This document shows positions 63,401 through 64,000 of a stretch of DNA of 64,000 nt, piece after piece (the first letter of the stretch is position 1; each line of letters opens with the position of its first letter). The notes under the pieces are model-generated. The model searched no databases. It was not told the DNA's origin and saw only the letters and a list, made by a program, of their open reading frames with translations. Origin of the DNA: Camelus ferus (Eukaryota); NCBI RefSeq assembly GCF_009834535.1, contig NC_045696.1, forward strand, positions 90,026,001-90,090,000, in the 5' to 3' direction. The position numbers and the translations under genes were made by a program.

Positions 63401-64000
63401 ATTATTGCATAAACTTTGAAATGCTGTTTTACAGAGGTTGATGGATACAATGAAATAGAAATGTTCACTTACTCAGAGAATTTTCCAGTAAGGATATAAT
63501 AAGGCTAATGAAGGTTAATTAAAACTGTTTCAAACCCAACCCTGTAATTTTTTTTTATTTCTTTTGCCATTTCTCCTAACATGGTTCCTTTTCTCCTCAT
63601 ATAATATCATCTCCTTTCTGTCTCCTACCATGATTTGTTTCTTCCCATATTTCTTTTCCATCCACCCAAAATGCCTATTTCTCTCCATTTTATCAGTTGC
63701 TGCTAATAACCTCCTTCAAAACTTGGTTGAGAACTCACCTTCTCCTTGATGGCCTGCCCTACCCACCCCAACTGTGATCTCTACTGGAAAATCTCAGAAT
63801 GAAAGCATTTTGAAACAAGGTAGTTTCCTCCCCAAAAGGTAATTCTCAAACCATGTTGAAGGTATCTGTGCTTTCATAAATAATTGTTAATAACAAAATA
63901 GCAGGAACAGCATCTCCTCTTTCTTTAGACAGACCTCCCCTCCCCGACTCACCCATTTACTCGAGGCTAGGAGGTGGCTTGGCAAAGTGATGCCCAGTAA

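Noticed and set aside
1..64000. CRISPR array, tRNA/rRNA, processed pseudogene, endogenous viral gene or other novel multi-gene system
   Set aside because: No regularly spaced repeats, cloverleaf, rRNA-like sequence, mRNA-like poly(A)/TSD insert or gag/pol/env-like ORF was seen. The content is ordinary mammalian non-coding DNA.

Overview
64 kb of non-coding placental-mammal genomic DNA, probably a camelid. The young L1 3' ends resemble alpaca/camel-type L1s as I recall them, and I see no Alu, B1/B2, Bov-A/BovB, PRE-1 or Can-SINE. I recognise no protein-coding gene, RNA gene, CpG island or CRISPR array. The only ORFs with recognisable protein identity are broken LINE-1 ORF2 C-terminal fragments (13.6-14.3 kb, 34.0-34.3 kb, 49.1-49.3 kb, 51.3-51.5 kb). 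A large part of the window is decayed interspersed repeats: MIR, L2, old and lineage-specific L1, MaLR/ERVL solo LTRs, and hAT/Tigger DNA-transposon relics. Several are nested and several keep readable target-site duplications (TSDs). Repeat-poor, AT-rich stretches between them look like candidate enhancers. I did not find a new biological system. The best leads are a perfect 34-bp-arm palindrome fused to a (TA)20 tract (8820-8894), an 11:1 strand bias of solo LTRs suggesting an intron of a long minus-strand transcript, a few candidate minus-strand exons, and a CpG-retaining unique patch near 3.1 kb. Repeat subfamily names come from recalled consensus motifs, not a search. Boundaries are approximate unless a TSD is given.
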